From the NCBI GenBank assembly GCA_043228905.1, contig JBHGNT010000011.1, positions 15,252,001-15,316,000 on the forward strand: a stretch of DNA of 64,000 bases, read 5' to 3'. This stretch comes from Azolla caroliniana (taxonomy: Eukaryota; Plantae; Polypodiophyta). The notes under the pieces were generated by a model. That model ran no database searches, was not told the DNA's origin, and worked only from the letters and a program-made list of their open reading frames with translations. Shown here piece by piece: positions 10,801 through 21,002 of this stretch (its first letter is position 1; each line of letters starts with the position of its first letter). The position numbers and the translations under genes are program-made.

Positions 10801-11279
10801 AACGGACGATCTCCTCGTGGGCAACGGTCGACTGGAGGGACGAGATGAGCCGGGAGGAGTTGTTGGTCGCACGTATACGACAGCTCGAGCGGAGGCCGGA
10901 GGACGTGGCACTGGCTACGGAGAAGCTCCGGGTGGCGAGGACAAAGAACAAAGCCCGGTTCGACCGAACGCACCGGCTACGACCGAAGAAAATCGAAGAA
11001 GGTGACTGGGTGCTCGTCTACGACAGCAGCCTCGACAACCAGCACCGAGCCACACGGAAGTTCGCACGAAGGTGGTTCGGGCCTTACGTGGTACGGAGCG
11101 CCAATGACAACGGGACATATCACCTGGCGGAACTTGACGGCACGAGGATGGCGATACCGGTTGCAGGGAAGCGGATCAAAGCGTTCAAGAAGCGACACGA
11201 CGACGAGCCAGACCCGGCTCTCCTGGTCGGCAGTGACGAACGATCCGAAAATGAAGAAGAACCGACGGGCGAGGAATGA
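7788..11279 (+). CDS. pol: Pol (RT-RNase H-integrase) in the -1 frame relative to ORF1
   Basis: RT motifs DLYSGYDQ, LPQG, FLDD; RNase H VDTS/RELWG/TDC/ADMLSR; integrase HHCC (HDSPWAGH...CGSC), DDE and GPY/F (WFGPY); frame open from 7782 to the listed ORF 7896-11279. Confidence 0.93.
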   Translation, partial: LERAAKAWGRDSPDTPGKPHTCTIKPKKPCTIGREFLFSDNGACAMVGIAGREKTKTEARLRACGVLGPDEEINGAVEAVSFDDTLGMLGKVVEEGLNDDRTIPVCSEEMYEVIADFGRGLESVRTAHVNTKYKTVDRKVRPVAAPLPEDSASRIKGVASDPSLRDPACIGHTFTDETLRELKIGGGGFLLPAEEDRFRRMLGRHGKAFAFSPEEIGCVDPTIVEPMVIFMVPHVPWNLKPIPVPRAHIPKLMELLRQKVDMGILEPSSAPYSNRWFTVPKKNGSLRFIQDLQPVNRVTIRNAGIGPTIDEFAEAFAGRSIYSVGDLYSGYDQFQLAVESRDLTTMRTPLGLVRMCTLPQGGTNSVAHMVNAMNKVLRDCVPDITMPFLDDIPIKGCPVEEKDETIGPDGCRRFVATHVDDCEKVLQRLEDARLTFSGEKSAFGQSEIMVVGHLCGPYGRKPSPAKVEAISAMKPDCSSVTEVRRFLGACAFYHIWIPHYAHVAEPLYGLLKKGRRFEWLDKHAESVRKLKEALAAAPALRKAVYGKGTPVFITVDTSPTGIGWVVNQEDEDGNRFPIRFGAKVLSERQRGYAQVKRELWGIVSAVKADKDYLIGTEVIIETDCLPILGMVSGCATPDLAMLRWIAYIKSLDPEIRHISGKDNAMADMLSRARFDDEGGMVSEDEEVGVDFFEAAYITTDGVSTPALNEFDASKYDGEWLQIGGFLKTMTPDASWTKDEANRIRKKAYRFFLRDGHLWKHPKKRDGVPLRVVAMKEEQEELLTAYHDSPWAGHRGTWATFEKLKGKYWWPGQYRDVHRFVTTCGSCQMHSIVRHRDELHPTYPPTIHFKWMVDLVTMPMGVGQMRYLVLAREDLTNQVEGRALPNKTTAAVCRFLIEDVICRYGCVGKIVADRGELDAEEAAELFDRLGVQLSLTTAYNPEANGKVERGHGPIVKALVRACGGRAGDWPRLLPYALWADRTTHSSVTGYMPTELMFGQTPIMPIERTISSWATVDWRDEMSREELLVARIRQLERRPEDVALATEKLRVARTKNKARFDRTHRLRPKKIEEGDWVLVYDSSLDNQHRATRKFARRWFGPYVVRSANDNGTYHLAELDGTRMAIPVAGKRIKAFKKRHDDEPDPALLVGSDERSENEEEPTGEE

Positions 11280-11333
11280 AGACGGGCCGGTTTTCTCCGT
11301 CCCAACTCTCTTGGCGCATACCGGAGGATGCGC

Positions 11334-11350
11334 GGTTAGGTGGGGGCGGA
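11334..11350 (+). promoter_or_regulatory. Polypurine tract of element B
   Basis: G-rich GGTTAGGTGGGGGCGGA abutting the 3' LTR. Confidence 0.7.
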
Positions 11351-12154
11351 TGTCGTGAAGAAAACCGTCCATAGGCGGAATCGGCGCACCAAGGCGTGGG
11401 AACCGGTTCTTCACGCGCGCACGCTCCGAGTTGTACATAGAAACGAATTGAGAGGATAATCGGCAGGAACGGGCCCTAACTCAAGTGGAGACAAAGACCG
11501 CGCGAACAGTCTTTTCGGTCGCGCGCGCGAACTGTACGAGTCGGCGGCGTAACTACGCGGATCCGTGAAAAACGGAGCGGATCCCTGTCCAAAAGGGACA
11601 GGGAATAAAGCTGACACGACGGCCTGTTCGTCGGCCTATATAAGGAGCGGGAAAGAGCTGTTGCAGGGATCTGGCGCGGAGAGGACGAAGTGCTGTCGGA
11701 CCGTTTCTGGACGCTTCGCTCTCTCTGTTTCCTTCCTTCTTGAGCTCCAAAGCTTTCTGTGCAGGGTTCCGGGGAGGCTCGCGCTGTTTCGAGGAACGCC
11801 CGAGTGCTTCCGGCAGCACCTCCGACCTGCTACCCCCCCCCCATTTCCCCGTTTGTGCGTCGAAGCGAACAGGCATCGGCATCTGTTCGCCGGCCTGTTC
11901 GGTTGCAACCAACCTGTGCCCCATCGGGGGTTGTAGTCGTGTTAGCCATTTTTTTTGTTAATACACATATTTAGTCATTCGCATCCGTCTGTGTCGGTGT
12001 CTGTTCGCGTTCTCCGTGCTAAAGGGCCGTGTCCCTGTGTATCCCCGGTCCTGCGTAGCCGGTTCTCTCTCTTTCTCCTCCCTCGCTTGCTCTTTGGTTC
12101 GAGACCCCCGCGGTCCCGCCTCTATTCCACACGCACTTGCGTAATATCTCTACA
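11351..12154 (+). repeat. 3' LTR of element B
   Basis: No difference from the 5' LTR found by eye; ORF-track translations within the two LTRs match; followed by TSD ACGG. Confidence 0.96.
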
Positions 12155-13000
12155 ACGGTTCCTCCTCCGCTTCCTCCTCCTAAGTCCCGATATTGATTTT
12201 TGCTGCCAGGGGTCTGGCTCTTGTTGAACTGGTCGGTGAAATCTGATCTTGATTGGCCGGTGTCTCCTCCCGCGTTTCCGCCAACCGCTTCCTATTGCCA
12301 TGGTCTTTTGCTGCCTTGTCCGTGCCGGCCGCCTTCCCTTTGGGTGCCTTAGAGGCCAACAGCTGCTACCGTTTCGAAGCCGTTTTCGGGGTGCCTTCGG
12401 TCGTTCTCCCCCGCTTCGTGGTCTTGGCGGGCTCGATAGGTGGCGCCAATAGGGTGAGCCATTGCGCCACTGCAATCCATATTTTCCGACCCTCCTTGCC
12501 TCTTACAGAGTCGATGGCCGCACAGAGGCCGTCCGCAATCAATACCAACCAGTCCACCTTCACGCCTTCATACGTTGCTATGATTAAGCCGGCTCGGTTC
12601 TAATGCATGCACGGGGGTCGAGGGTATACATGTCCAAATTCATGGAGCACACGGGCAATCTCTCGAAATAATGTATCTTCGCCGCCCTGTGTCCTATAGG
12701 CCTTGCTAACCAAAGAGTATTCGTCAAAATATTTTCGGAGCTACTTCGGGGTAGGGTTGTCGATAGTGAAGATGCCCCCCTCCGGAAGGCCAATCAGAGC
12801 ATGGATGGCCTCCTCCGTGATCAGTTCTGTGTCGATTTCCTTTACTATCTTCTCCACCTCCCGGTGCGGTGGCGCCTCCATGATCGTGAGGAAACCTTCT
12901 AACCCGTGTTGCCTTACCCACTTCTTGGCTGCGTCAGAGAGTGCTTGGCAGTCCATGGCTTCTTCGAGGTCGGTGGGCGCTGGTGAGGGATGTGTATGAG
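12155..13000 (-). pseudogene. Extra ORF of element C, N-terminal part (unknown function)
   Basis: ORF pieces 12741-13133 and 12366-12563 follow the protease; no RT motifs. Confidence 0.45.
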
Positions 13001-13099
13001 GAGGCTCTGTGTGCGTGGGCTCGCGTCTGATGATCTTCAATCGTTTGTCGGTACTCACACTTTCGCTTTTCCACGCTGGAACGTAATTATATTCTTCCT

Positions 13100-15586
13100 C
13101 CAGTTTTGCTTGATGTGTGTTGTTTTTAACCAAGGGCGTCCCAACAATAGTGGGTAAGCTCCTTAAGCCTGTAGCTGGAGAACTACTGCCGAAATGCGAA
13201 ATGTGTGACCCTCGATGGTCACTTTCAGATCACATATTAATCCGGTCGGCCGTACTGAGCTTGTGTCCGCCATCCGAAGCCAAAACGGGCATGGTTCCCA
13301 GTCATGGATTCCTAAAGTGTTACACGTTCGGAGGCTGATCATGTTCACGTCGGATCCTCCATCGATAACCATGCCAGGTAGCTCTTTTCCTTTCACGATG
13401 GTTGTGATTGTCGGACTGCTCGTGTCTACCATTGTTGGTCCTTCCTCCGGATTTGAAAAGAAAGCTGGAGCCGGTAGTGTGTCGGCTGTCGCCATTCCTG
13501 TCTTAAGTCCTGCCATGAAGCGTGGTACCAGTTGCAATAGTCGGCCTAACGGTAGCGTTATTTGGCATTCTTGTAACGCCTGCCTTGTTGGGTTTTCGGG
13601 CTGCCCTAAGCTAGTGAGCTCTTCGGCATTCCCCTTTTGTTGTTCGAGTTCTGCCGCATTCCGCTCGTTTGCCTTCTTCACCCATTCGGTTGCCTGCTTC
13701 CGGATGGCTTCTTGAGTTTCTCACTCCGTGGCTTTGCCTTTTGATCTTGTAGTGACTTGTTGTAAGTCCGCAACTTCCGCGTCTACCATGTTCACCGATG
13801 GTCGCTTGTCGTAGCTCTTCGCCGGACATTAGTTACTATAGTGGCCTTCTTGTCGGCAATAATAGCAGTACGCCTTTCGGGTGTTGCTGGATTCTGCGTT
13901 TGTGCCCGCACCTGGTTGAGGTCCTGTGGTAAGTGCTTGGTTTTGGTCCGATTGGTTGCTTGGAGCGCCCTTTTCCGGTTCCCGTGGATGACCCCCCTTT
14001 TTGTTGAAATGATGTTTCTTGTTGAAATTCTTTTTGTTTCGGTAACCTTAACGGGGTTGGTCGTCATACTTGCCATAGTCGTCCCGTCGTTGGTTGTAAC
14101 CAGGGGAGTGATCCCGGTTGTATCTCTCGTACCATCCATTATAGTCCCGGTATCTATCATGTCTGTCATACCAGTCATAAGTGTCTCTTCGATCATTGTA
14201 CCGGACATCTTATGCCGGCCGGTAGCGCTCCTCTCGCCGCCAGCGTTCTTCTTCCTCCCGGTTGCTTCGTGGTTCAATTTGCCGGACCGGTGGTGCTTGC
14301 CGATTTAACAAGTTATACTCACACCATTCCATTGTGTGGCTTCTGGAGTGGCAGAGCAAGCATTGGGAACGCATGGTGCATTCCAGCGCCGAATGTCCGA
14401 CATTCAGGCATGTCGTACATTGAATTGCTTGCCAGAAGCGGAGGTCCTCATCTGTCGGTAGTGCATGCTGAAGTGCGCCCATGGTTAGCCATGAACTTGA
14501 TTTTTCCATTTCCTGAACTCGGTCGATCACTTGATCTATGCTACTGGTGCGGAAATCAATGACGGTGCACACCGTTCGTAAGGGTTCCCGGAGTGCTGCT
14601 AAGAATATGGCCTTTGTTTCTTCCTCCGGTGGTGCCCGGCTGAGCTGACTGTGGATCCGTTGGAACCGGATGACAAACTGTTGAATGTTCTCTGTTGGTT
14701 CCTGTCGGATAATGTAAAATAGGCCTACCATTTCCCATTGGTCCATCTCCTTGTGAAAGAAATGCAAGAATTTGGTCTTTAATGCTTCAAACATGGGGAT
14801 GGTGCTGGGATCTTGTGTTCAGTGCCATCTGGCGGCCGGTCCCTCCAGGGTCATGCCGAACTCTACCATTTTTGAGCATTCCTCTTCGGCCGCATTTAAG
14901 CGTTGGGACACATGGTTTGCCCCCCAGGTCTGCTGAAACGCATGAACGTGGGCTTCCGCGTCCGGATCATCCCGGTATCTGGGATATTGGAACGGCATAT
15001 CGTCGTCTGGTGTCGGTACGCGGGCTGGTGGTGTCGGTGGTCTTTCCTCCTCCTCTGTCGGCGTCGGAGGTCTTTCCTGCTCCTCTTTCGGTGTTGGAGG
15101 CCTCTCCTCCTCGACTTCCGGTGTCAGAGGTCTCTCTTCCTCGACTTCTGGATCCGGAGTGTGCTCGACTTCCGGTGCCGGAGGTTCCAGCCTTGTCAAT
15201 TCTGGTTCCGGTGTCGGCAAGGTATCTGACTCCTTGTCCTCCGGGCCGTTTGGGGTGTCGTTACTGCTGCGGTAGTTCGTATGCGCGTTGTATTCCCCTT
15301 CCAAATCCGATTCAAAAGCCGAAAATGCTTCGGATTCGCCTTCGCCCGCTGCCAATGCCTGGAGAAGGGATTCCGCTTCCCGAAGGCTGCTTAGGCTGCT
15401 TCCTTCGTCCGGGTAGTCGTTTTGTTGTAAACGAAGTGACTCCTTGACCACTCTCCGGATCTCCTTGGAAAATGAGAGATCCGTTCTGATTTCTTCTACC
15501 GCTTGCTGGAAAGCCTCTCGCTTCCTCAGCCGTTCAGCAAGTCTCCTTGCTCGCTCCGTAACCGGGTCGTTCATTGGTCTAGTCAT
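13100..15586 (-). pseudogene. Degenerate gag-protease of element C
   Basis: ORF pieces 14819-15586, 14210-14794, 13163-13681; capsid-like TLEGPAARWH and IRQEPTENIQQFVIRF; knuckles CTTCLNVGHSALEC and CLLCHSRSHTMEWC; protease VIDGGSDVN ... LLGRPW. Confidence 0.8.
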
Positions 15587-15624
15587 CCATTCCCATCGTT
15601 GTTCGTTGCGATTGTGCAGGAATC

Positions 15625-15634
15625 GTGGTCGCCA
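15625..15634 (-). promoter_or_regulatory. Probable tRNA-Arg PBS of element C
   Basis: TGGCGACCAC matches about 10 nt of the recalled 3' end of plant tRNA-Arg(UCG); lies just upstream of the gag start at 15586. Confidence 0.55.
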
Positions 15635-15639
15635 AAAAC

Positions 15640-16084
15640 TGTGTTATTCCTTAGGGCCGGACAATGGCCTGACACAAGGTGTCTACGGAAGACACTTCAC
15701 CAAAGGGGTGTTACGGCCAGATAACTTAAGACACAATGATTACTCAGACTTTAATTGGTTACTTAGCAATATGGCATTAGACTTGATACACGCATATGAT
15801 AGAACAATTAGCACAAAAGGGTAATCAACACTTAAAGATAAAACAAGAAGCTCTATTAATTATCCGTCAAATTTTTACATTATAACTGAGCCTTTATATA
15901 GGTCACCGGTGCTAAGTACAAAATGGTGCCAACCGGCACCTGTTCGGAACCGGTCCGGATCCGGATCGGCATACCGATTCCGGTCCGTCCGTTCGCGTCT
16001 CATAAACTACTTAATTATAATAGATTCCAAATATATAATCCCTTTCACATTTTGGTCTTTAACTCCTTTGTCGGCCGGGTAACA
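15640..16084 (-). repeat. 5' LTR of element C (inner boundary approximate)
   Basis: Minus strand starts TGTTAC and ends ...AATAACACA, then gtttt and TGGCG; CCTATATAAAGG TATA; composition shift at 16085 into the gag of element D. Confidence 0.65.
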
Positions 16085-17082
16085 TATATCCACGGAGGCC
16101 CAAACGAAACTACTCCATTAGAGCTTGTTCGTCCCAAGGAATATCACTTGCAATGAGACGAAAATTGGTTGCATACGTTGATGTTGGTTGATCCCCTTGT
16201 CATAGTGTGCAAATCTTGTTGATTGTCGTTCTTATGTTATCTATGTCTCCGAAGCAAGCCTTAAACTCTTTGATAAATTCTTCAAAGTTGTTGAGTAGGG
16301 GCGAATTTGCTTCAAGCAATGGAGCAAACCATGACAATGTCGTGCCAGTCAATAAAGTGCCCACTAACCCGACTCGAGATGAATCCGTTGGATAACATGT
16401 GGGATGCATCTGAATTACCAACCGGACTTGATTTATAAACCCCTGAAAATGTGCTCTCGACCCATCGAATTTAGCTAAGAGGCTGATTTTGGGCTCCTTA
16501 AGAACTCCTTGACCGTCGATTTTTAGTTGTTGTAAAGCTATTGTTGCCAACTCTAGTTGTTGAACCCTTCGTGTAAACTCATCATGTATTTGTTGCTTCT
16601 CTATTGAAACCTTCTGTAGGTCTTCAACCAATCGTTGATTCTCCAGCTCTATTGATGCAAACTTGCTTTTGAGATTCTCCATTTCTGCAACAAGGGCGAG
16701 GTATTCTTGTGGGTTGCCAGCAGCCATGGGTACTTACTAGTGTTTGTGGAAGAGGCTAGACGAGACGAAGAAATTCGAATCAAACTGTCAAAACCAAGAG
16801 AGAAGATAAAGTGATAGAAGAAAGATATAAAGAGATCACAAGAAGAGGAATGAAATGATAAGAGAAGAAGGAATGTATTAAAGTAGAATAAGAATCGATA
16901 CAAGATAAGCGATGAGAGCTTAAGACTAATGTTGATTCGAATTGGTTTGAGAAGAATTGTATGTCCATATTTATAGGTTCCTATAGAATAACCTAGTGAT
17001 TTCTAGAATGGTCTAGACCTAGAATATTCCAAGATGTTCTAGGATATTCTAGAATGTTCTAGAATGTTCTAGAACATTTACA
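16085..17082 (-). mobile_element. Element D: 5' LTR and gag of a Tcn1/Tf1-like chromovirus-type gypsy element, interrupted by C
   Basis: LTR 16786-17082 (TGTAAA...TTGACA); gag 16200-16727 (KFDGSR...GTLLTG...WF) continues past stops as L*QG...YATNF...WDEQALME*FRLGL. Confidence 0.8.
17001..17075. promoter_or_regulatory. Heat-shock-element array in U3 of LTR D
   Basis: TTCtaGAAtgTTCtaGAAtgTTCtaGAA at 17047-17074 (six alternating nGAAn units) plus degenerate units nearer the TATA box. Confidence 0.65.
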
Positions 17083-17127
17083 ATAATCAGTCTATTACAA
17101 GAAGTAGCTTTTATTATTTTATATAAT

Positions 17128-17199
17128 CATATGCTATCTTAATGGTTAGGTTCTTGATTATGTATTATAAGGTATTGGGTTCAAGCCCAAGTGAAGCCA
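17128..17199 (+). other. Degenerate tRNA-like / SINE-head remnant
   Basis: A-box-like TAATGG, B-box GGTTCAAGCCC, ends GAAGCCA, about 72 nt; cloverleaf not intact. Confidence 0.25.
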
Positions 17200-18848
17200 C
17201 ATAATGTTCATGGATTCATGATAGAAGACATATTTGCTCGATCTGCTCTAAATTCATGGAAAGATGTCTTTGTCAATTTAGTTAAGAGATCTCCAACAAT
17301 AGAAATTGAACTCTGTAGACAACGCTTGATTTGGAATTCTATTTTCACTAACCATAGGGGAAATATGTTGGGAAGGCATACTCAATGCACATTGGGAAAA
17401 TTAGATCGGGGGCTAGCGCAGTCTATAGGCGCTTGGACAACATTTCTATCTACATCTATAGATCAATGAATGCTAATGTATTCTGCAATACAAGCCACCC
17501 TTTCTAATATTCAGATGCAATTTGGACCTTCTACACATAAGTGGATAGATTTATTTACTATAATGGATGTTTTGATTGGAATAAAAGTCTACATTGGGGA
17601 AGAAGCTTTTATGACTTTTGATGTACAAGAGGATGGTCAGTTAACTTTCACACATAAGGAAACTAATTTGTTTAGTTTTTGTCTGCGTAAAGAAATGAGA
17701 GTGGCCGCAAATGATGGATTCACATTGGTTCTTAGATCCGGATCCACAAAAGGTTCAATCTGGAAAGGAGACCAGTATCTCGATTTACTTGGGATCCTAG
17801 AAAACTATATTAGAAAGTGTCAATTCAAGCTTAGATAAAAACATGTGCTTTTTTTCAATACTCTGTGAAGATTGGTAGGAAATTATTAGGTACTCAATTA
17901 ACTTGGGATCTTAGAAAACTGTATTGGAAAGTGTTCGTTCAAGCTTAGATAAAACATGTGCCTTTTTTACAGTACTCTGTGAAGATTGGGAAGAAAATAT
18001 TAGGTGCAAGGAATGAGCTACAAATATTTTCTGGAGAAGGAATGGAATTTCTCTACGACATCTCAAGAAATTTTGGTCAGGCATAAAAATGAGTAGGAAG
18101 TTGTTGGTTTTTTATGGTTATTGGTTCATAGAGCTATACCAATTTATGGTTGGCGAAATGGCGCGAATGCTAACAATATGTGCCCTTTTTGTACGAACCT
18201 AGCGGAGACTGCTAAGCATTGTTTGTGGAGTTGTGGCGTTGCAATGGAAATATTGAAAAGAATGATAACACTACTGATACTAGCCTATCCTTGAGCGGTA
18301 TATACATGGAGGCTAGTATTACGAGCAATGGTACAAGATAAACCAACGGTATATGAACGAGAAGATGTTGTAGATGCTCTTGCTATGAGACATGGTTTGA
18401 TGTGAAAAACAATTATACCTCTGAATTCACAAATAGAGACTTATAAACTTGAAATATGGCAATTGTTAAGTAGTATCACAATTTGGTTAATTTGGATGGC
18501 TAGATATTTGAAGGTATTCAAAAATCTGACCGAAAGACCTGCCCAGATAATTTTTGGGATTCAGACAAAGATTGTGCATAATCTCAAAGGCTCTTTAGAT
18601 AACATAAAAGGTAATACGCAACAGGCAGAGTTACAACAATTGGAGTTTCATGCCATAAGGGACATAGGAATATTTTATACACGGATTTCTAATAACGTGG
18701 AATGGTTCTACTCTACATTTAAGTATTTATTTAAGTCAACAATTAGAACTTAGCCCGAGGGTCATTATCTAGATGTACATATGTCATGTATAGCCTTATG
18801 GTGTTTTCTTGATACATACTAATGTAGTATCTTTCTTGGAAAAAAAGA
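17200..18848 (+). mobile_element. Degenerate L1-type LINE, 3' part of ORF2
   Basis: zf-RVT-like FLWLLVHRAIP...CPFC...ETAKHCLWSC near 18100-18240; IWLIWMAR motif; A-rich tail near 18840; many stops; internal duplication of about 115 bp near 17787-18005. Confidence 0.7.
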
Positions 18849-20589
18849 AGCTAAGTTACTTTAGCAATTCTCACTGTTGGAAACCTCGAGAACGTTATTG
18901 TATAAGAAGATCCAAATATATGAATTGGTAATGCTCATTTTTTCTTTTTTGTTGTCTTTTTCTTCGCATGGCTTCGCAAAGTCTACCTTATCTCAAATGA
19001 GATCCGAAGGTGATATGCAATTTTTTAGTTTTTTTTAATTAATGTGACTATTTGCAAAAAAAATGAGAGAGAGAGAAAGCTTAGTTGGTAAAGTTGTCTA
19101 GCGGAAACAGAAGGTCGTCCATTCAATCAGAACATTTCGCACTTGGTATCTAGTAAATGGATTTTTTTAATGAGATTTACACATAAGTGCATGGTCTAAT
19201 ATAAAACATATAATGATTCACAACCCTAACACACACACACACACACACAAATTATTCACTTCAAATAAATACTAATGATATAAGCAAATATCGAAGATAA
19301 TTAAACACATTTGGCCATATAAACTAGTTTCTATTTATAATTCTACATTTTCATCATAGTGATATCTTTTCTCAATCATATTGATGCATGCCATTACTGA
19401 GAATGAGAAGCATAACTGACCCTTACCTAACAATGGATGAAAGAGATTTCACGGTGGCACTTTGTCTGTGTGAATAGTCAAATGTTTTTAAGTAGTAAAA
19501 GATGTGACATGATGCAATGTTCATAGACTCTTTCTACTTACGTTATATAGTGGTGACAAGCCACATGGAAGCACCTTTTGTATGCTGCACCAAACATGGC
19601 TTGGAAAACACATATTTAGACAATCAAACTATATTTCCATCATCCATTTTATATTGGCATTTCTTAATCATCTTTGTGCCACATTGTTAGCGAAACTAGT
19701 GTATGCATATATACCACATAACATACAGCCATATGTCAAGTGGGCATCATGTAGTGTAAAGTGGGTCTATTATGTAACACCCACGAAAGAAAATTGAGGA
19801 AAAAGTCTAGTATTGTTATTTGACCAAAACATTCAATATTGTTGTTAAGACTTCAAATGGATAACCTAACGTGACAATCTCATAATCCTTTACACATGGA
19901 TATATCATATGACAATTCTCCCTTATTGGTCTACTCACACATATTGCTTTCCAAAACCCATCTTCATTCATGGAGTTCTTTTATTCCTTCCAGATGTAGT
20001 TTTGCTGACAAGATTCCATATCATAAAATTGACTCTTCTTAAATTTAAAGTTTCCTCAAATGTCATCCAATTGGCGCAAACAACATTTTTACAAAGCTTT
20101 TTCTCATTTAATATATGGAAATATGAAATCTTATTTCAAATTTGCAATATTTTGTTGGCTCCTAGCACTTTAAGGTTGTGAGAATTCTGATCAATTAGAA
20201 AGCATCTTGATATAAATACATAATACAATTTGATGAAATTAATAATACTTCCTCGTGTGCAATTTTGTATTGATCGACGTATATATGATTTATTGTTCAT
20301 CAAATTTAATCTTCTTCGGCGTCTCCTATCAACTCAAATAAAAGAGGTGCAAAGCCCTTCCTTGTTATTCATAAGAGAGATGAACAAGAAGACAAAAAAG
20401 AAAGCAATGGATTATGAAGTCATAAGTTTTGTACAATATAACTATATGGGAACAATTGATGGTTGAGCAGAAATCTTCCAAACACGCAACTCCCAAGAGA
20501 ATATGGCTGCCTTGTACAGGACCATGGAACACAAAACTAAAAACCCAAAGTTTTTATTATGATAAATTGATTAAAAAACACCACTTGGT

Positions 20590-21002
20590 AGCATGTTTAT
20601 ATCTTTGCAAGGGTTCCCCTCTTATTTTCTCTAGCCACAAGTGTTCCCAATCTACCAAAAGGCGATTCTTTAGGTTGATTTTCCATAGCAAGGCTTTTGA
20701 AGCCTTGCATTCCTAATGTGTTTTAGAAATACCCTAAACGTGAACGTTGAATGAACTTTTACTAGGTCAACATGAGATCGAATTTCTTATCCTAGAAGCA
20801 TGTATATATTTTTGCAAGGTTTCCTCTTACTTTCTCTTGACAAAGTGTGCCCAATCCACCAAAAGGAGATTTTTGTAGGTTGCTTTTCCATACCTACGTG
20901 TTCAAAGCTTAGCATTTCGAACGTGTTTTAGAAATGCCTTAAACATGAAGACTAAATTAACTTTACAAGGTCAACCAAAGAACAGCTTTCTTATTTTAGA
21001 AA
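20590..21002. repeat. Diverged tandem duplication, about 208 bp x2
   Basis: AGCATGT.TATAT.TTTGCAAGG...TTTCTTAT..TAGAA occurs twice. Confidence 0.7.

Larger units (their letters stand above)
4817..12154 (+). mobile_element. Intact full-length Ty3/gypsy LTR retrotransposon B (7338 bp, no chromodomain)
   Basis: Two 804-bp LTRs, ACGG target-site duplication (4813-4816 and 12155-12158), PBS, PPT, uninterrupted gag-PR and RT-RH-INT ORFs in gypsy order. Confidence 0.97.
3599..16084 (-). mobile_element. Older Ty3/gypsy-like element C (pieces 3599-4816 and 12155-16084), interrupted by A and B
   Basis: LTR about 15640-16084 (TG...GTAACA, TATA near 15891-15902); PBS TGGCGACCAC; gag, zinc knuckles and protease with stops/frameshifts; sequence continues across the B TSD. 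Confidence 0.8.

Noticed and set aside
15697-15716. Alternative LTR C end at 15709 followed by TGGTGAAG (Trp-like PBS)
   Set aside because: Only 7 nt match; the site at 15625-15634 gives a longer tRNA match closer to the gag start, though the boundary stays uncertain
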